Made by a program: the position numbers and the translations under genes | Shown: positions 60,576 through 64,000 of the stretch, piece by piece | Layout of the letters: each line of letters opens with the position of its first letter | Numbering within the stretch: the stretch's first letter is position 1 | Notes under the pieces: model-generated | Database searches by the model: none | Told to the model about the DNA's origin: nothing | What the model saw: only the letters and a program-made list of their open reading frames with translations | From: Promethearchaeota archaeon | GTDB taxonomy: Archaea; Asgardarchaeota; Lokiarchaeia; Sigyniarchaeales; SOKP01 | Reading direction: 5' to 3' | DNA: 64,000 nucleotides | NCBI GenBank assembly: GCA_019058365.1 | Contig: JAHPZE010000014.1 | Location: 32,001-96,000, forward strand

Positions 60576-61805
60576 ATGTTATTTGACGAAGAAACTATGA
60601 GAAGGATTAGGTATCTACACTTCTCTATAAAAAAAATTGAGAATGCCTTAGAAAAAGAAGATGAAAGTTTTACTTTAGATGATCTAAATCTTATATTAGA
60701 ATATACTAAGATTTTAAATATAAATTATGGAACTGAAAACCACAAAGAGATATTAAAAGACTTAGATATCACTCCAATCTTTAATGATGCTATGAGTAAT
60801 AAAGAAATTGAAATTCAAGATGTAATGTTTGAATGTGCCCGTGCTTTATGGGTTATGGGTAAAGCTTATTCCCAATTAGCTGAAAAATATGAAGAGGAAG
60901 AAGAATGGGAAAATGCAATTATAGCAATGACAGAATGCAGCAAAATTTATAAAACAGCTGCATACTTTAGCGCTGCTGTTGTACATCAAAAAGAAAAGGG
61001 AGTAACTATCACTTCAGAAAACCTCGAGTTAAATTCTGAAGAATCAAGAATTCTCGCTCAGAGTATTGCTGCTTTACGGGAAGAAAACAATAATAACATT
61101 TACTTTTCTTCTAAATTATACGCGGGTCTCAGTTTATTATCAAAAAGATTGTTTTATCTTAAAAAGCATGAAGAGAAAAAGAAACAACAAATCAGAGCCC
61201 AATTTCATTATGATATGGGAAAAGCATGCTTTCTTAAAGCACGAGCTTCATTAGAATCCTCAATAACAACTATTAATCAAGAAAAAGTTCTAAGATTACA
61301 ACAAAAAGCAAGATGGTATTATTTAAAAGCAAAGGATATTTGGGAAGAAATGTTAAATAAACTCTCACTTTCAATTGAGGAAAAAGAAAATATTGAATTA
61401 AATTTATCTATAGTAGAAGATAATTTAAAAGAAATCGAAGTTGAAAAACTTGATTATGAAGAAATAAAAAAAATACAAGATCCTGAACCAATTATTATTA
61501 TTCCAGAGAATCTGGCTCCGTTTGTACCGAAAAGTATTATTTATTTAACAAAATTTGTACCTAAAGACCTAAATGTTAAACGATTTAAGTCATATCAACG
61601 AAAGAAATTAGAGGATAAAATTCCTTATAGCAAAAAAGAAAAGTTAATCGATAAGAAGGCTGGAGTCGTAAGAACAATCAATGAATTAAAACTTTTAAAG
61701 GAGAATAATGAGATAGAAATTGAAAAATACGCTGAACTTATGGAAAGATATTCTACCAAGCTAAAAATGATCGATTCAGCTATAGAAAAAATAGCTAAAA
61801 AATAG
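60576..61805 (+). CDS. Hypothetical alpha-helical (TPR-like) protein
   Basis: Long helical ORF with repeated A..Y/W..A patterns. Confidence 0.7.
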   Translation: MLFDEETMRRIRYLHFSIKKIENALEKEDESFTLDDLNLILEYTKILNINYGTENHKEILKDLDITPIFNDAMSNKEIEIQDVMFECARALWVMGKAYSQLAEKYEEEEEWENAIIAMTECSKIYKTAAYFSAAVVHQKEKGVTITSENLELNSEESRILAQSIAALREENNNNIYFSSKLYAGLSLLSKRLFYLKKHEEKKKQQIRAQFHYDMGKACFLKARASLESSITTINQEKVLRLQQKARWYYLKAKDIWEEMLNKLSLSIEEKENIELNLSIVEDNLKEIEVEKLDYEEIKKIQDPEPIIIIPENLAPFVPKSIIYLTKFVPKDLNVKRFKSYQRKKLEDKIPYSKKEKLIDKKAGVVRTINELKLLKENNEIEIEKYAELMERYSTKLKMIDSAIEKIAKK

Positions 61806-61821
61806 AACAACTAAAATTTAA

Positions 61822-62307
61822 TTATAATAGTTTATTCTTCTTGCCCAAATAATGGTTTTTTTTTCTTTCAAAGTATTTTTTACGATCAGCTTCTATCTCA
61901 TAATCTCTTTGAGATTCTTCTAGAAATAGTAGATCATAAACTTCTTTTAATACTAATCCAATTATCATTGTTTCCATTAGAAAGATGAGAGAGACCATTA
62001 TAATTTCTATGTTGTGTAAATTTCTGAAAAAAAGAGATGCAAATAAACCAGCATGAGGAATATACAATAATGTTACAACTCCAATATTCTTTCCAAATTT
62101 AATAATATTTTTTTTTTCTAATTTGAAAATCTTTTCCAATCTTAAAACGTTCCATAAATAATATAAAGAAAACAAAATATTTATTGAACATAAAATAATA
62201 ATTAAATCTCTTTCTTGGAATTCTAAATTAATATAAGGTTTTAATACAATTGACCCAATCATAAAAGTTAAAGAAAAAAAAAATAATATCAATGATAGTG
62301 ATAACAA
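61822..62307 (-). CDS. 4-TM membrane protein
   Basis: Hydrophobic ORF. Confidence 0.65.
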   Translation of the reverse strand: MLSLSLILFFFSLTFMIGSIVLKPYINLEFQERDLIIILCSINILFSLYYLWNVLRLEKIFKLEKKNIIKFGKNIGVVTLLYIPHAGLFASLFFRNLHNIEIIMVSLIFLMETMIIGLVLKEVYDLLFLEESQRDYEIEADRKKYFERKKNHYLGKKNKLL

Positions 62308-62416
62308 GCCATCATGAAAATCTTTATAATCTAAGTTTGTAACACCCTACTTTATAAATTTTTAAAATTAAAATTTTCTTAAAGAAAGAAATTAACAATT
62401 ATTAATTGATTTTACC

Positions 62417-62605
62417 TTGAAGAATGAGACATCTATGAGCTTTTTAACATGGGAAGAAATTGAAATGCTTAAAGAAATACATCCAATTAAAAAAAGATTT
62501 AGATTTTTATTTCTAATTGTTGGAATTTTTATAATTTTCGTAGGACTATTATTAATTTTAATTGGATTAGATTTTGGAATAACTATTTCAAGCGATATGG
62601 TATAA
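62417..62605 (+). CDS. Small single-TM protein (possibly truncated)
   Basis: Basic patch followed by a TM helix. Confidence 0.4.
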   Translation: MKNETSMSFLTWEEIEMLKEIHPIKKRFRFLFLIVGIFIIFVGLLLILIGLDFGITISSDMV

Positions 62606-62741
62606 TAATAACCATCTTGTTCCAAAATTATGTTGGATAATGTTAATCTTACCATTTATTGTATTTCAGCTTATGACAGGGATTCCAGTTTAATATTTGT
62701 AAATATTTGCTATTTTTATTTTAAGCAATCTTCTTATAATT

Positions 62742-63005
62742 ATGTCTGAACAAAATTCAATTCTTTTATATATTAAAAATATGCTTTCAGATCTAATTTA
62801 CATCAATGGTATAATTGCAACTGAGTTAATCAAAGTAACAGAAAACACTGCAATTATAAGACACGGTGAGAGATTTTTAGATAAATCAAGTTGTCTCACT
62901 GAACATCATGAATTAGAAAAATCAATAATTGAAATTTTAAGAAAATATCAAAAAAAGCCATCTGATTTAGAAGGATTAGAAAAACATGTATTAAAACATT
63001 TATAG
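62742..63005 (+). CDS. Hypothetical protein
   Basis: 87-aa ORF with ATG start. Confidence 0.65.
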   Translation: MSEQNSILLYIKNMLSDLIYINGIIATELIKVTENTAIIRHGERFLDKSSCLTEHHELEKSIIEILRKYQKKPSDLEGLEKHVLKHL

Positions 63006-63024
63006 GATTTCTAATGATTATAAA

Positions 63025-63223
63025 ATGCCTAAAACCTTTGACAAATTTGCTAAAAGACTCCAAAAAGAAATATCAAGGTAAATCAATTGAATTTGCTTAG
63101 TATTTAAGACCTGAAGATATAATTTCTGCATTAGAGGGAATACCTCTTGGTGAAAAATATTTTATTGATTTAGTAATTGGCACTCTGAAAAATGTAATTA
63201 AAAAATATAAAGTTGAAAAATAA
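63025..63223 (+). pseudogene. NifU/IscU-like scaffold protein remnant (internal deletion, frameshift, in-frame stop)
   Basis: MPKTFDKFAKRLQKEI, then in another frame QGKSIEFA*YLRPEDIISALEGIPLGEKYFIDLVIGTLKNVIKKY, which resembles the IscU C-terminus. Confidence 0.6.
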
Positions 63224-63232
63224 TTTCAGTTA

Positions 63233-63958
63233 ATGATGATAGATCTAAAGATTGAAAATATTGATATCCCTTTAAAGCCAGATAACATTCAACTGAAGGG
63301 ATCAATTTACTATACTTCAAATACTCCTTCAAAAGCTCCATGGATAATCATCTTAGCAGGATTTTTAGCGCATCGAGGAAGTAAATTTGTATTAAATTTT
63401 TGCGAAAGATTTGCGAACGCAGGCTATTTTGCTATCTCTTACGATTATCGAGGTCATGGAGAAACCAAAAAAGAAACTGGTAGTTTTGACTTTATTAAAA
63501 CAACTCCAAAAATTTTTTCAGATATTCATGATGTAATAAGTTGGATAATAGAAACTCAATCAAAAAGACTTTTGGATAATAAAATTGTGTTATTTGGAAG
63601 AAGTTATGGTGGAGCAATAATATTAACTCATGGCTTTATAGATCAGAGAGTAAAAATCTTAATAGCTCTTTGTACTAGATACGATTATACTACAGTTCAA
63701 TTAAAAATACCAAATGATCTTGTAAAACAAGTAAGTCCTAAACATTTTATTTGTAAAGATCCTTTAAATAATGAGAGAATTCTTTTAGCACATTGTAAGG
63801 ATGATGCTAGAATTCCATTTGAGAACGTGCTTCAAATTAAAGAACATCTGGGTTTAAAAAGTGAGAATGTATTAATATATGAAAATGGCGGTCATTCGTT
63901 TGAGGGGCATCGAGATCAGTTATTCGAACAAGTAAAGGAATTCTTGAAAAAATTATAA
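63233..63958 (+). CDS. Alpha/beta hydrolase
   Basis: YDYRGHG, GRSYGG nucleophile elbow, DDARI, GGHSF. Confidence 0.9.
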   Translation: MMIDLKIENIDIPLKPDNIQLKGSIYYTSNTPSKAPWIIILAGFLAHRGSKFVLNFCERFANAGYFAISYDYRGHGETKKETGSFDFIKTTPKIFSDIHDVISWIIETQSKRLLDNKIVLFGRSYGGAIILTHGFIDQRVKILIALCTRYDYTTVQLKIPNDLVKQVSPKHFICKDPLNNERILLAHCKDDARIPFENVLQIKEHLGLKSENVLIYENGGHSFEGHRDQLFEQVKEFLKKL

Positions 63959-64000
63959 GAAAAGAAATTATAAATAAAATATCAACTATCATAATAATGG

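Noticed and set aside
1746-62655. Numerous short antisense/shadow ORFs in the track (e.g. 2825-3130, 3799-4071, 15000-15350, 27662-27877, 29206-29493, 38549-38857, 62392-62655)
   Set aside because: They lie opposite or inside better-supported genes and show no motifs of their own.
62601-62693. Hydrophobic reading frame after 62417-62605 suggesting a frameshifted continuation
   Set aside because: Short and AT-rich with no recognisable family, so it cannot be distinguished from chance.
63098-63100. In-frame TAG as pyrrolysine or readthrough
   Set aside because: The same remnant also has a frameshift and a large deletion, so decay is the simpler explanation.

Overview
A very AT-rich, gene-dense archaeal chromosomal segment, almost certainly from an Asgard archaeon (Lokiarchaeia-like). 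The assignment rests on an archaeal histone, proteasome beta subunit, S8e, SRP19, archaeal GluRS/ThrRS, RibK/RibL and Hef, plus eukaryotic-signature-type genes (Rab-like GTPase, longin protein, JAMM protease, a possible coat-appendage-like protein). About 55 CDS are present. Two tRNAs (Pro-GGG, Arg-GCG) carry introns at non-canonical positions, and there is one NifU/IscU-like pseudogene remnant. No rRNA, CRISPR array, integrase or transposase was seen. The standout is a 2206-aa single-pass membrane protein (22937-29557). It has six tandem right-handed beta-helix (NosD/PbH1-like) ectodomain modules, one transmembrane helix and a cytoplasmic C-terminal TIR domain that keeps the putative catalytic Glu. 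This is a Toll-like-receptor-like architecture built on a beta-helix instead of LRRs, and its ectodomain shows recent DNA-level repeat expansion. It converges on an orphan solute-binding-protein/histidine-kinase receptor next to tRNA-Arg. Several genes appear to start at ATT/ATA codons. All family calls come from motif recognition by eye; no database search was run.
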